DNA of 64,000 nucleotides, taken from contig OX597821.1 of the NCBI GenBank assembly GCA_951406725.2, positions 36,642,001 to 36,706,000 on the forward strand. The letters are read 5' to 3'. Below are positions 29,404 through 42,264 of the stretch, one piece after another. The notes under the pieces are model-generated. The model did no database searches, was not told the DNA's origin, and worked only from the letters and a program-made list of their open reading frames with translations. Positions within the stretch are counted from its first letter, which is position 1; every line of letters starts with the position of its first letter. The stretch comes from Octopus vulgaris. Taxonomy: Eukaryota. The position numbers and the translations under genes are program-made.

Positions 29404-30152
29404 TATGTGAGTATATCTTTCGGGTATAACATGCTGGAGGCAGTGATATACCTTAAAATACATATCACCGTTTTAATGCGTATCACCGGTGCAGATATTT
29501 CAGAAATAAATGTTAAGAAACTATTCAGTCTGTACCAGGATATATGAAGTACATAATAAGGTATTTGAGAACGCAGGTGATCTAGTAGCATATTAATGTG
29601 TACTCAAAAGCACGGCGCAAACTATGCACGTAGATATCGAAAATTTGAATAAGCTATCTATAAACCATGACGAGAAAGGACGTGTGACGTTTGAAGTAAA
29701 AGATAATCGCCGATTTTTGCCGACCACAGCCAACCACATGTTTCTCTAAACTCTTATTACTTCATTAAAATTAATGTCTAGATGACTAAAAGGAATAATT
29801 GTCATTAAGGTTATAGTTTTCCGGGCTATTAACCTTGTCTTTAGATTAGATATACAAGACTTGACGCGTTGACAATGGATATTATTACTACTCCCTACTT
29901 AGAAGTAAGATTTCTAATTACAATTCAGTCTGGTATTATAGAACATACACGAAAATAAGACTCTTCAAAACGATCAGCGCTGATAGAAATTAATTGACAT
30001 TACTTATGTGCAAAAAAATATATTCACACTACTTTCATTCGTGTGATCAGCAGTACATTTTAAGATTCAAATATGACGTCCGAGGATAAAATCCTTCCGT
30101 AATTTTTCTTTTCCCATAACATATAAATTTATTCTCTTTCTCTCTCACTTCC

Positions 30153-30193
<41 letters not shown>

Positions 30194-30213
30194 CTCTCTT
30201 ACTCTCATATATA

Positions 30214-30437
30214 TTGGGTTGGTGCATAATTATTGCAGCTTTTTTCAACAAATTTTATTCAACAAAAACAATAACAACATGTAACAAAAACATCTTTAAA
30301 TGGTTATTCCGGTGCATATTCACGATCTACTTCAATTACTGCTTCCCATTTGCTTGGCAGACGGTCAGACCGTCATTTAAAGATGTTTTTGTTGAATAAA
30401 ATTTGTTGAAAAAAGCTGCAATAATTATGCACCAACC

Positions 30438-30440
<3 letters not shown>
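30214..30440. mobile_element. Mariner-type MITE
   Basis: TA-ttgggttggtgcataattattgcagc...gctgcaataattatgcaccaacccag-TA; the TIR resembles Hsmar1/MADE1 ends. Confidence 0.9.
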
Positions 30441-30531
<91 letters not shown>

Positions 30532-30542
30532 CTCCATAAAAA

Positions 30543-30703
30543 TGACTCCATTTTTTATTCCTATTATTCAAATATTCAACGTAAACACGAAGTTTCAACC
30601 TTTATAAACAAGGAGTTACAACATCTTTACTTGTGAGATTTTGCTGCCTGGTAACTATTCATTCATTTATCCGTGTTAATTGTTAAGAAGGTAAAATACA
30701 CTC

Positions 30704-30746
<43 letters not shown>

Positions 30747-30905
30747 TATTTATTTATATGTTAACAATTAACACGGATAAATGAATGAATAGTTACCAGG
30801 GCAGCAAAATCTCACAAGTAAAGATGTTGTAACTCCTTGTTTATAAAGGTTGAAACTTCGTGTTTACGTTGAATATTTGAATAATAGGAATAAAAAATGG
30901 AGTCA
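30543..30905. repeat. Near-perfect inverted duplication of the Penelope 3' end around (TA)n
   Basis: Arms 30543-30686 and 30761-30905 are reverse complements with one indel seen. Confidence 0.9.
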
Positions 30906-30930
30906 ACGCAGGTTTAAACAAGTATTTTTT

Positions 30931-31015
30931 CTTTCTACATATGTTTCAAAAATTCCACTGATACTTATTCAAAAGAATAGAAGGTATAAACAATGCAATC
31001 TTCTCTTCGGGAAAG
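30931..31015 (-). ncRNA. Type I hammerhead fold in the Penelope 3' region (CCGAAGA core)
   Basis: Minus strand: ctttc CCGAAGA gaagatt..aattttt GAAA C(AUAU)G UA gaaag; about 200 nt downstream of the ORF stop on the same strand. Confidence 0.7.
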
Positions 31016-31216
31016 TGAAAAAACGAAACTTGTCAATACGACATTTTAGCAAAAAATGATGGATTCGTATAGCGATAGACAGAACGCTATTAATATTGTT
31101 TAAAAAAACGTTATATGATATAACGTCATAAGTAGCTAACAGAAAGAGTAGGGATATTAATAGTGAATGTTAAATATAAAGGAAATTAAAGTCTAAACTA
31201 TATATAATGATAGAGA

Positions 31217-32314
31217 CTACTTATATGCACTAAAAGTATGCTTTTGCCAATGCTTACATCTGTATGCTCGTTCTATAACCGTGTTTACTAGAGTATTTTT
31301 AGAAAAAATAATGAAAAATAGCTCAGAATTGCAGAGAAGACAGAATTTCTTGCCTTTGTCATATGGTATCGAAATTGAGAGGATCAACCATTCCAAATGA
31401 AATTGTTCATTGTGGTCTTTTAAATTCCAAATCAGTTTGCTGAGACCGGTACTATTCCGTTTATTTCTATCTCTAAATGTTGAGTAATGGATAGAAATTC
31501 TCTTAGATAACTCTAACGATGTGCTTCCAATGTAAAATCGTACTTTATTACGAGTACTGATTATACACTGGTATATAGAATTTTTAATCTTAGAGTTACT
31601 TGACATAAATTTAATTCTATTGGGATTGACTTCAGATACAATAACCTTGTTATTAATATTTCTAGAGGGTTGGATGGTAGTAGCTAAATTAATGTTAGTA
31701 TTAGTAAATGTATTAATATTTAACAGTTTGTTATTATGAGAATATATAATTTGCAAGAGATTTTTTGTGTTTGAAAAACCTATCCTAACCTTATGTGAAT
31801 TAATTATAGAGTAATATCTAGAATTATTTGGAAAATTCCTAGCAATAGCTTGACGAAACAGCAGTGGGAGATTAGATTTAATTTGTCTCCCGTAAGGAAT
31901 TATTAACCAAATATTTTTACTAGTATTCATAGCGTAATTACTTTTGAAGGTGTTATATTTACTTTTAGATCGGTAATAGGGGAATAAATAAGGGTTATCT
32001 GTCTTCATTCGCTTTGTATCGGTGCGTAAGTTATGTTTGTTATCAATAATTCTTTTACGACTAGAAATCTTATCTACATTATTGAATTTACAATTAGACT
32101 GAGCAGAATCAATGTAGAAAATTTTTTCTGTATAACCTGCTTTGATTAAGGCAGAGTTATAGAATTCAGCGTTATTATTGAAAATATCAACATTAGCAGA
32201 TAATTTAGATAATCTAAATGAAATATTCTTAACTAAATTCTTAGTAATTGCTCCAGGATGATTACTAAATTTGTCTCTTGTAGCGCAAGGAAAAGGAAGA
32301 TAGCCGCTGGTCAC
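31217..32314 (-). CDS. Penelope-like element polyprotein, 5'-truncated: RT thumb plus GIY-YIG endonuclease
   Basis: SNHPGAITKN..ISFRLSKLS..F...YNSALIKAGY (PLE RT thumb); SIYQC..FYIGST..KRISIH..STGLSKLIWNLK..CLLCNSE (GIY-YIG). The first ~15 codons derive from an adjacent repeat. Confidence 0.9.
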   Translation of the reverse strand: MTSGYLPFPCATRDKFSNHPGAITKNLVKNISFRLSKLSANVDIFNNNAEFYNSALIKAGYTEKIFYIDSAQSNCKFNNVDKISSRKRIIDNKHNLRTDTKRMKTDNPYLFPYYRSKSKYNTFKSNYAMNTSKNIWLIIPYGRQIKSNLPLLFRQAIARNFPNNSRYYSIINSHKVRIGFSNTKNLLQIIYSHNNKLLNINTFTNTNINLATTIQPSRNINNKVIVSEVNPNRIKFMSSNSKIKNSIYQCIISTRNKVRFYIGSTSLELSKRISIHYSTFRDRNKRNSTGLSKLIWNLKDHNEQFHLEWLILSISIPYDKGKKFCLLCNSELFFIIFSKNTLVNTVIERAYRCKHWQKHTFSAYK

Positions 32315-32450
32315 GTGTGAGCAACGAGAGAGTCAAGGAGGAAGAATGAGGGAGACAGAAGGGGAGATAGAGAATGGTGAAGGGGAGGAGAAGAATTAGA
32401 AAAGGGGTGTGAGAGAAAAACAGAAAGAAAGAAGAAGAGAGGGAGAATAG
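32285..32450 (-). mobile_element. Fragment of the repeat family also at 61850-62482
   Basis: Reverse complement ctccttgactctctcgttgctcacacgtgaccagcggctatct matches 62024-62066 ctccttgtctctcttgttgctcacacgtgaccaacggctatct. Confidence 0.65.
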
Positions 32451-32884
32451 ACATAGTGATAGGATAGTGATAGAAGTGTCGTATCAGAATTGTGTTTCTC
32501 TTCTGTTTTTAATTATTTCAATTCTTCCTCTGAGGAAGAAGCTGATGTCTAACTAAAGTACCGAGCTCCATCGATGGAAATTAGATAACAAAAACGTCCC
32601 ATTTTAAACTTGAGAAAAATCTTGTATATTTGTGCTATTCCGCTTACAGATTGTATTTCTCATGCGCGTGTTCGTTTTGGTTGATTTCTTCTTCTGAAGA
32701 CTCTAGCTTATTCAGATTGTCATAAAACTATGTGCACCAATTTTTATTAATGGTATAACTATGAATTTATAAACTGGACATTGGAGTAAACGGTCTCGAA
32801 GCAGTTCTCCATAGTTATCCTCTTTCTCTTTGATTTTCAAAGATATATCCATATCATCAGGACAGCTGTTTGTATGTACGCACG

Positions 32885-32918
<34 letters not shown>

Positions 32919-32974
32919 TGTATGTATGTATGAATGTATGTATGAATGTATGTACGTATGTGCAACCATTAATC

Positions 32975-33690
32975 TAGGTGTAGAAGTAGCTGTGTGGTAA
33001 GTAGCTTGCTTAACAATCATATGGTTCCAGGTTCGGTCCCACTGTGTGGCACATTGGGCAAGTGTCTTCTACTATAGCCTCGGGCCGACCAAAGCCTTGT
33101 GAGTGGATTTGGTAAGCGGAAACTAAAAAGAAGCACGTCAGATGTGTGTGTGTGTGTCAGTGTGATTGTGTGTGTGCGTGTGTATGTATGTGTGTGGGTG
33201 GGTGTGTGCTTGTGTGTCTGTGTTTGTATCCCCACCATCACTTGACAACCGATGCTGTTGTTTACGTCCCCGTAACATAGGCGCAGGAGTGGCTGTGTGG
33301 TAAGTAGCTTGTCTATCAACCATATGGTTCCGGGTTCAGTCCCACTGCGGGGCACATTGGGCAAGTGTCTTCTACTATAGCCTCGGTCCGACCAAAGCCT
33401 TGTGAGTGGATTTGGTAGACGGAAACTGAAAGAAGCCCGTCGTATATATGTATATATATATATGCGTGTGTGTGTGTGTTTGTGTGTCTGTGTTTGTCCC
33501 CTAGCATTGCTTGACAACCGATGCTGGTGTGTTTATGTCCCCGTTACCTAGCGGTTCGGCAAAAAGAGACCGATAGAATAAGTACTGGACTCACAAAGAA
33601 TAAGTCCCGGGGTCGAGTTCCTCGATTAAAGGCGGTGCTCCAGCATGGCCGCAGTCAAATGACTGAAACAAATAAAAGAAAAAGAAAATG
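32975..33690 (+). mobile_element. Two SINE family A copies in tandem (32975-33276 truncated; 33278-33690 full)
   Basis: Two heads (taggtgtagaagtagctgtgtggtaag and taggcgcaggagtggctgtgtggtaag) and one tail. Confidence 0.9.
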
Positions 33691-33794
33691 AAAATTACAT
33701 ATGTGTCTGTATTTGTGTGCGTGTGTGTGTGTGTGTGTGTGTTAATTGTTCGTTTCGTATTTCACATAAAAAGCATAAAATTTGCTCTTGATCA

Positions 33795-33873
33795 ATGTTA
33801 GTGGTGGTACTGCTGCTATTGTTGCTGCTGCTACTGCTGCTACTTCAGATAAACAATGATGATGATGGTGATA

Positions 33874-33915
<42 letters not shown>

Positions 33916-34252
33916 GTGCTGGTGGTGCTGGTGGTGCTGGTGGTGGTGCTGGTGCTGGTGGTGGTGGTGGTGGTGGTGGTGGCTGTGGTAGTGGCGGCGG
34001 CAGTGGTGGTGGTAGTGGCTGCGGCTGCGGCGGCGGCGGCGGCGGCGGCGGCGGCAGTCATGATGATGATGATGACGACGACGATGACGATAACAATGAC
34101 GAAGATGACAATGACGATGATAATGATGACATTACTGTTTTTTCTCGTAGTTTCACACCGCTTCGAAGTTTTCATGTCTTTGCTTTTTTTTTATGTTGCT
34201 ATTTCTGTCGTTACCCGTGCCATCTCTGTTGTTGCTGTTCTTGTTCTTGTTT

Positions 34253-34299
<47 letters not shown>

Positions 34300-34366
34300 G
34301 GTGTTGTTGGTGTTGTTGGTGGTGGTGGTGGTGGTGGTGGTGGTGGTGGTGGTAGTAGTGGTGGTG

Positions 34367-34398
<32 letters not shown>

Positions 34399-34420
34399 GG
34401 TGGTAGTGGTGATGGTGTTG

Positions 34421-34452
<32 letters not shown>

Positions 34453-34636
34453 GGTGGTGGTGGTGGTGTTGTTGTTGTTGGTGGTGGTGGTGGTGGTGGT
34501 GGTGGTGCTGCTGCTGGTGGTGGTGGTGGTGCTGGTGCTGGTGGTGCTGGTGCTGGTGGTGCTGGTGATGGTCGTCGTCGTCGTCATCGTTATCGTTGCT
34601 TTTGTTGTTGTCGCTGGTGTTGTTGTTGTTGTTGTT
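33795..34636. repeat. Compound trinucleotide repeat field (GAT/GGT/GGC/GTT)
   Basis: Directly visible; similar fields at 40955-41425 and 55860-56500. Confidence 0.9.
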
Positions 34637-34876
34637 TATGTGTTAAATTCGATTAGTTACGCTACATGGGATATTCACCGTCAACAGCGGAAGTCGATTT
34701 GCTTCCTGTGTTTAGTTACGTCTGCACCTTATCATTATCTCATAGAAATCAAGAGGTGAAAAATCGATCTCACTTGATACAGTCAATCCAGTAAGCCGGA
34801 GCGATTCATTGTTAGTTAACATTAAGATGTGAGAGAGACTCTTTATTTATTTATTTATTTATTTATTTTCTCTCTT

Positions 34877-34916
<40 letters not shown>

Positions 34917-35039
34917 ACTCTCTCGTCATTTCTATATTGTCCTTCACTCTTCCCTTATCTCAGTTCCTTTTTCCATATGCATATACAAACGTGCGCGCAC
35001 GCACACACACACACACACAAAAGGAAACATAAACATGAA

Positions 35040-35079
<40 letters not shown>

Positions 35080-35589
35080 TGTGCGTGTACACATTTGTCT
35101 CTTCACACATACACAAACATACATTACCACACACACACACACACACACAAATACATCTTGATGAAAATAGAAGAAGAAGAAGAAGAAGAAGAAGAAGAAG
35201 AAGAGAAAGAAGAAGAAGAAGAAGAAGAAGAAGAAGAAGAAGAGAAGGAAGAAGAAGAAGAAGAAGAAGAAGAAGAAGAAGAAGAAGAAGAAGAAGAAGA
35301 AGAAGAAGAAGAAGAAGAAGAAGAGAAAGAAGAAGAAGAAGAAGAAGAAGAAGAAGAAGAAGAAGAAGAAGGAAAGACGGCGGCGGCCACAGTGTTATTG
35401 GTGGTGGAGGTGGTGGTGGTGGTGGCAGCGTTGAGTGGGTGAGTGAGTGAATGAATGAATGAATGAATGAATGAATGAAAAATGTAAAATGTGAAAGGAA
35501 TAAACAGAAATTAAGAAGGAGAAAGAAAACCAAAAACTTATCCTCTACGATGTGTTTGTAGTTTCACAGCCAAATAACTGGCTAGTCAT

Positions 35590-35742
35590 TGATCCTTTCT
35601 ACTATTGGCACAAGGCCTGAAATTTGGTCGGATGAGGCTGCTCGGGGTTTTTTTTTATCGACACCAGTGCTCAACTGGTTTTTATTTTTTATCAGCCCTG
35701 AGAGGATGAAAGATAAAGTTGGCTCGTCAGCATTTGAACTCA
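35590..35742 (-). mobile_element. SINE family B, degenerate
   Basis: ggcacaaggcctgaaatt...cagtgctcaactgg...aggatgaaag...tttgaactca. Confidence 0.65.
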
Positions 35743-35863
35743 TTTGAACTCAAGCCTTGTGCTCTTCGAAACTGTGACAGAATATGGGTAACAAAAGTAT
35801 ATTATACTTGGGTGAGTTCTCGTCTCTTAAATGATTTATAAATGATTAAACATTAGAATTATA

Positions 35864-36593
35864 ACAATTGCAGCGTGGAAGGTGTTTATAAGTCATTTAA
35901 GAAACATGTGTGGTAAGTAGCTTGCTAACCAACCACATGGTTCCGGGTTCAGTCCCACTGCGTGGCATCTTGGGCAAGTGTCTTCTGCTATAGCCCCGGG
36001 CCGACCAATGCTTTGTGAGTGGACTTGGTAGACGGAAACTGAAAGAAACCTGTCATATATATATGTATATATATATACGTGTGTGTATATGTTTGTGTGT
36101 CTGTGTTTGTCCCCCTAGCATTGCTTGACAACCGATGCTGGTGTGTTTACGTCCCCGTCACTTAGCGGTTCAGCAAAAGAGCCCTATAGAATAAGTACTG
36201 GGCTTACAAAGAATAAGTCCCGGGGTCGATTTTCTCGACTAAATGCGGTGCTCCAGCATGGCCACAGTCAAATGACTGAAACAAGTAAAAGAGTAAAAGA
36301 GTAAACCGTTAGATTCACTTCAACATTTAAATTTAATTTGTCAAAATATTTTCGTCGCTTTGAGACCGCGACCTGTTCACTGGCAAAGCTTCGTGCTGCA
36401 TCTTGATGCAGTGAACAGGTCGCGGTCTCAAAGCGACGAAAATATGTTGACAACTTAAATTTAAATGTTGAAGTGAATCTAACGGTTTTGTGTGTTTCTT
36501 AAATGGCTTATAAACACCTTCCACGCTGCAATTGTTTTCGTTCCAGCACACGATCTCAGATCAGGTCACTCGCTATGCAAGTATATATCCGTA
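35864..36593. mobile_element. Foldback element with 12-bp flanking direct repeat, left arm interrupted by a SINE
   Basis: Arms 35864-35906 plus 36303-36382 versus 36409-36536; attagaattata at 35852-35863 and 36594-36605. Confidence 0.75.
35907..36302 (+). mobile_element. SINE family A, 5'-clipped
   Basis: tgtgtggtaagtagcttgc through gactgaaacaagtaaaagagtaaaagagt. Confidence 0.9.
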
Positions 36594-37375
36594 ATTAGAA
36601 TTATAGTTGAACTGAAACATTAACTGAAAGAATGGAAAACGAAATAATGAAGATATCTGAAGTTTAGTTAAGGAATACTGATACGGTTAGAGAAGCCGAG
36701 AACGATTTTAAGCATTTATACACTCTCTCTGAGTTCTGTGAATAAAAAAAAAGGTTCTTTCATGGATTCGCTGAAGAATGTGCAGTAAATCCTCGAGTAT
36801 AATCCGAATTTTTTTCCCAAAATGGTTAAATTCCCTTGTGCGTACTATATACAAGGTTAAAAATGAAAGATATTTTCTAAGTAATGTCCGAGTCTCTATT
36901 TGCTGTGCGGCAATGTTTATTCAGATGCATTTTGTGATGTCGGGCGCGAAAATACCTTAAGCTAAGCCTGAAGCAATGAATTTATAAAAGAATCATCCAT
37001 AACTTGCAGTAAGCAACATTTATTAAAATAAAAGTATTCAGAACACAGAATAACATGTAACAAAAACAATTTGCAAACATATTTACATTCCCATATAACA
37101 GTTAATAACATCACCATTATTGTATTACGCATGCGCGGAAGCGTTTGTTCGACTAGGTACTGCTGGCTTAATTACGCACGAATTGTGCTTAATAGTTTAG
37201 CACTAAATAGTTCATCCTTAGCATAAATAAATTTCCAAGCATTCATTAGTACAAGGTTTGTATGGTTTTGCGGTTTCGGGAGTAGAATCTTGTACTGAGT
37301 AAGATAATTGAGACTGTATGCCATTGAAAAAGGTTTATATTGTGGAATTTCAGTCAATATAATGTATATGTATGC

Positions 37376-37465
<90 letters not shown>

Positions 37466-37684
37466 TGCTTTACTATCCACAAGGGGCCAAACATAGAGGG
37501 GACAAACAAGGACAGACAAAGGGATTAAGTCGATTACATCGACCCCAGTGCGTAACTGGTACTTTATTTATCGACCCTGAAAGGATGAAAGGTAAAGTCG
37601 ATCTCGGCGGAATTTGAACTCAGAACGTAATGACAGACGAAATACCGCTAAGCATTTCGCCCGGCGTGCTAACGTTTCTGCCAG
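37466..37684 (-). mobile_element. SINE family B
   Basis: Reverse complement of the 19433-19665 copy. Confidence 0.9.
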
Positions 37685-37786
37685 TTAGATTTTTATTTGT
37701 GTGTGTACATATTAGGTGTGTGTGTAGATGGCTGTGGTTCTTACGGATGCCTGCATATCACCATACACTCATACACATACAAATTG

Positions 37787-37823
<37 letters not shown>

Positions 37824-38463
37824 AATCTGAATGCAGAATGACAGATGTGGAACAAAATGTGTGCGTCGTTGATGAGATCGCAAATGGTAACAAAAGAATC
37901 ATTAATTGATTCCGCTATCGATTTGTCAAGCAATCCAATAACTGATTTGTTACTGTGTCGTCTAATAACAGCAAAAAGAAACGAAATGGAACCAGCGCTT
38001 GTGTTTTATTAGCAAAAGGAGTAATTTGCTGAGCATATACAAGATAAATTCTTGATTTATTGAAAGTATCTCTTTTCCAGTAGATCAAGAATTATCCTTG
38101 TGACAGATTTAATATACACTTATTGACTAAATGGACTTAACTCAATATTGTTTCAATTAGGCAAATTACTCCAGCTATATATAAGTTCTGGTTTTTGTAT
38201 ATTCAAATAGAGTAGCCGCTGTGCTGATGACATCTATTGAGGCAGAAATATAGATTCATAGCTCTCCCTTATTTCCAGAGTCATATTGTTCTTTCCACGG
38301 TACCATATAAACTATTGAAGAATTCTTGATTCTTGCCATCATCACCACCATGCATTTGAAGTTTATGCCTGATGCCACCAGACTTTTCTCACAGTGTAGA
38401 TAATTTTGATAAGTCAAGAATTTATCTAGAACTTACGCCTCTCTCTCTCTCTCTCCCACACTG

Positions 38464-38525
<62 letters not shown>

Positions 38526-38527
<2 letters not shown>

Positions 38528-38705
38528 AGTGGCCGTGTAGTAGGAAGCTTGCTTCCCAAACACATGCTTCCGGGATCAGTCCCACTGCGTGGCACCTTAG
38601 GCAAGTGTCTTCTACGATAGACTTGGGCCAACCAAAGCCTGGTGAGTGGATTTTGTAGACGGATACTGAAAGAAACTCGTCGTATATATATATATATAGA
38701 TAGAT

Positions 38706-38773
<68 letters not shown>

Positions 38774-39045
38774 GGGCGCGTGTGTGTGTATTTATGTGTG
38801 TGTGTGTGCGTGTGTGTGTGTGTGTGCGTGTTTGTGTGTGTATGTTTTTGCCTCTGTGTTTGTCCCCTCCACCACCCATCGTATGACAACTGATGGTGGT
38901 GTGTTTACGTCCCCGTAACTTAACAGTTCAGCAAAAGATATTGATAGAATATTACTCGGCTTACAAAGAGTAAGCTTCGGTGTCGATTTGTTTGACTAAA
39001 AGCCCCAGCATGGCCGCAATCAGATGACTGAAATATATAAAAGAA
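38526..39045 (+). mobile_element. SINE family A with expanded internal (GATA)n/(TG)n
   Basis: Family A head and tail are both present. Confidence 0.85.
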
Positions 39046-39457
39046 TACACATAGATAATATATATATATATATATATATATACCAGAAGCAGTATTGCAT
39101 TAAAATATCCATCATTGTATCATACTGAATGAAAATACATAATGAAAAACCAAATTAACTGCATTGTTCGTTCGGAGATTATGTCTCTTATGCATGTGTT
39201 GTGTTTAAAAACCCAATATATATCAGTAGCGGTACGAAAGTCGTTCAAGAGTCATCCAGTCAGAATACTAGAAGTTCTTTTCTGCTTTGTTGGGGTTTAT
39301 CAGTTGCTTTTACTCACAGCGCTATCTTGTATTGTATCATGCAGTCACAGATAGGCTTTTTCTACAAAATCAAAGGGGAGAATGCCACAGTAGAACACTT
39401 CGGTTCACATGTCTTCTTAATTCGGGCCGACTAAGCATATATAAGCATCCATCCATT

Positions 39458-39514
<57 letters not shown>

Positions 39515-39544
39515 TTGTTTGTGTGTGTATATATATATATCGTT

Positions 39545-39714
39545 AGCCACTACACACATTTTTTCTCTCCTTGTTTCTTCTGTCCCTCTCTGTAGAAGAG
39601 CGTAGGCTCGAAACGTATAAGACTTTTTTCTATTCCTGAGCGTTATACTAATACATCTGTTTGTTTTGTACACCACCTGTCTTCGTCTTTTGTTGTTGTT
39701 TTTTCGTGAACTCT

Positions 39715-39720
<6 letters not shown>
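39545..39720 (+). mobile_element. Repeat fragment, same family as 9662-9830
   Basis: gaagagcgtaggctcgaaacgtataagactttttt...cacctgtcttcgtctttt. Confidence 0.5.
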
Positions 39721-39764
<44 letters not shown>

Positions 39765-39981
39765 TAGATCATGAGGGTAGAAATTAAAATAGCAATGTTC
39801 TCCAACCGGTAAATTAACTGCAGTAATTTATTATCTGCTGGGTTATTTCCTGCACTAGCGCGCCAAAGTGAAGACATTTGAAAAATACCAAAAATATATT
39901 TTGTAGAACAGTACGTGAGTTTTCTTTCGGGAGAACGTATCTGCGTATAATTCTGTGAAATATGTTTTGAAATGCGACAGG

Positions 39982-40059
39982 CTACGCTGAGGATTTACAG
40001 ATACTTCTATTTTGCATTTTGCATTTTGCAAGTGTTAATAATGAAATCATGATACTTAG
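39982..40059 (+). ncRNA. Degenerate type I hammerhead fold
   Basis: ctacg CUGAGGA ...atactt/aagtgt... GAAA U(CAUG)A UA cttag; one stem I mismatch and a weak stem II base. Confidence 0.4.
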
Positions 40060-40229
40060 GTAATTGTTTTATTCTGTATATTTTCATATGTCTTGCTATT
40101 TTTTTTACATTCTGGCATTTACTGAGATTTTTTTTTTTTGAGAACGCACTCTTCGTGGTAAGTCGATTTGACGTCTATCTTTAGCGTATAGGAATCCACT
40201 TTAGTGGTCATTCCTCTTATTAATTGTTT

Positions 40230-40305
<76 letters not shown>

Positions 40306-40985
40306 TGTGTGTGTGTGCGTGCGTGCGTATATGTATACATACAGGTAGACAAACAGACGAAAACGAAACGTGTGCTGCTAAGTTACATCGCATCATTGAG
40401 AATATCGACTTCTCTCCTCCAGTCAATGTTTCTTTTTGTTTATTTCAGACATAAACAATGGCAGTTGAGTATGGAATAGAATCACAAACTTCGACATTTT
40501 TATACTCCCATCTTATTTATTACTGTTTTTTCCTTCTAAATTTGATAAGTTGACCGTGTTGAAATTTCTATTTGGCGAAACTGAATGTCCTTAAGAAAAT
40601 ATTAATATTTCTGAACATTACAAAGAATTTAGTGTTTTTGGCATAACAAAAACGAAAATTCAGCTCAGTCTGTATATATATATATTCATGTATTATTTGT
40701 TAACTGATACACAGAATTTTTTTTTTTTTTTCTAAATCTAAAACATTATTACCATTGACGGCACAAACATTGTATTTCGTTACATCATTTCAACGGAAAC
40801 GATGTGAAATGTTAGTGAACTGTGAAATTTCTGAACCAATGAAGTTTTCTATTCATTACAATGAAATACATAGAATGTCTGTAGAATTGCGAGAAAGGTG
40901 AGAAATTCCACAGAAACAGTTTGGATGTCTATTACTTACGGTTGACTGAATCCGCTTCTTTTTCTTCTTCTTCTTCTTCTTCTTC

Positions 40986-41034
<49 letters not shown>

Positions 41035-41137
41035 CATCATCATCATCATAATTATCATCATCATCATCATCATCATCGTCATCATCATTATTATCATTAT
41101 TATTATTATTATCATCATCATCGTCATTATTATTATT

Positions 41138-41184
<47 letters not shown>

Positions 41185-41203
41185 TATTATCATCATCATC
41201 ATT

Positions 41204-41245
<42 letters not shown>

Positions 41246-41324
41246 GTCATCATCATTATTATCATTATTATTATTATTATCATCATCGTCATTATTATTA
41301 TTATCATCATCATCATCATCATCG

Positions 41325-41377
<53 letters not shown>

Positions 41378-41777
41378 TTCATCATTATTACTAACATCAT
41401 CGTTATTATTGTTATTGTTGTTGTTATCATTCCTAGTACTACAAACCACTACTACTAGCATTGATATCAATGATTGTATTTCATATTTGCGTGTGTGCCT
41501 GCGAGTGCATCCCCGCGCGCGCGCATGTGTGTGTGTGTGTCTGTCTGTCTGTCTCTGTGTACATATGTATACTCCATGCTTTTGTTTTGTATAGAGCTAA
41601 TATATATAAATGCGACTCCTCAATGTCTCTTTTTCTTTTTGCTTTTGTTTTTGTTTTTTTTTTGTTTTCGTTAATGTGTTAAAATATATTGCATTTGTGT
41701 TTGTGTTGTCCTTGTGGTAGGGTTTAACATCATCATCATCATCATCATGAACATCATTATCTTTATTGTTATTGCTA

Positions 41778-41995
41778 GGTGGCAGAATCTTTAGCGCGCC
41801 GGGTAGAATGCTTAGAGGCATCTTTTTTTTTTTTTCTTTTTTCAGTCTTTACGTTCTGAGTTCAAATTCCAACGGAGTCGACTTTGCCTTTCAAGCTTTT
41901 AGGATCGATAAAATGAGTACCAGTCGACCACTGGAGTCGATGTAATCGACTAGTCTCCTCGCCCCAAATTTTTAGCCTTGTGCCTATAAAAGAAA
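41778..41995 (+). mobile_element. SINE family B
   Basis: ggtggcagaatc...cgttctgagttcaaattcc...gtcgactttgccttt...gtcgatgtaatcgact. Confidence 0.8.
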
Positions 41996-41998
41996 TTA

Positions 41999-42074
<76 letters not shown>

Positions 42075-42097
42075 CATCATTATTATTATTATTATTA

Positions 42098-42145
<48 letters not shown>

Positions 42146-42232
42146 GGGAGACAATAAGAAATTTTGGAAATATTTAAAGGATTGATGTTACTCTTCCAGA
42201 GAAGTCGAAATATTGTTCATTCGATATTATTG

Positions 42233-42264
<32 letters not shown>

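Noticed and set aside
32528-32600. cctCTGAGGA possible hammerhead 5' half
   Set aside because: No convincing GAAA-stem III-UH with a matching stem I downstream
33795-34759. Gly/Asp/Cys/Trp-rich ORFs resembling structural proteins
   Set aside because: Pure triplet repeat field, open in several frames on both strands, with no codon variation or splice evidence
36409-36455. gtcgc/gcgac stem followed by gaaa, as a hammerhead
   Set aside because: CUGANGA is absent (gtgaacag instead) in both arms
40856-41470. Asp/Asn- or His/Tyr-rich ORFs
   Set aside because: (CAT)/(TAT) compound microsatellite
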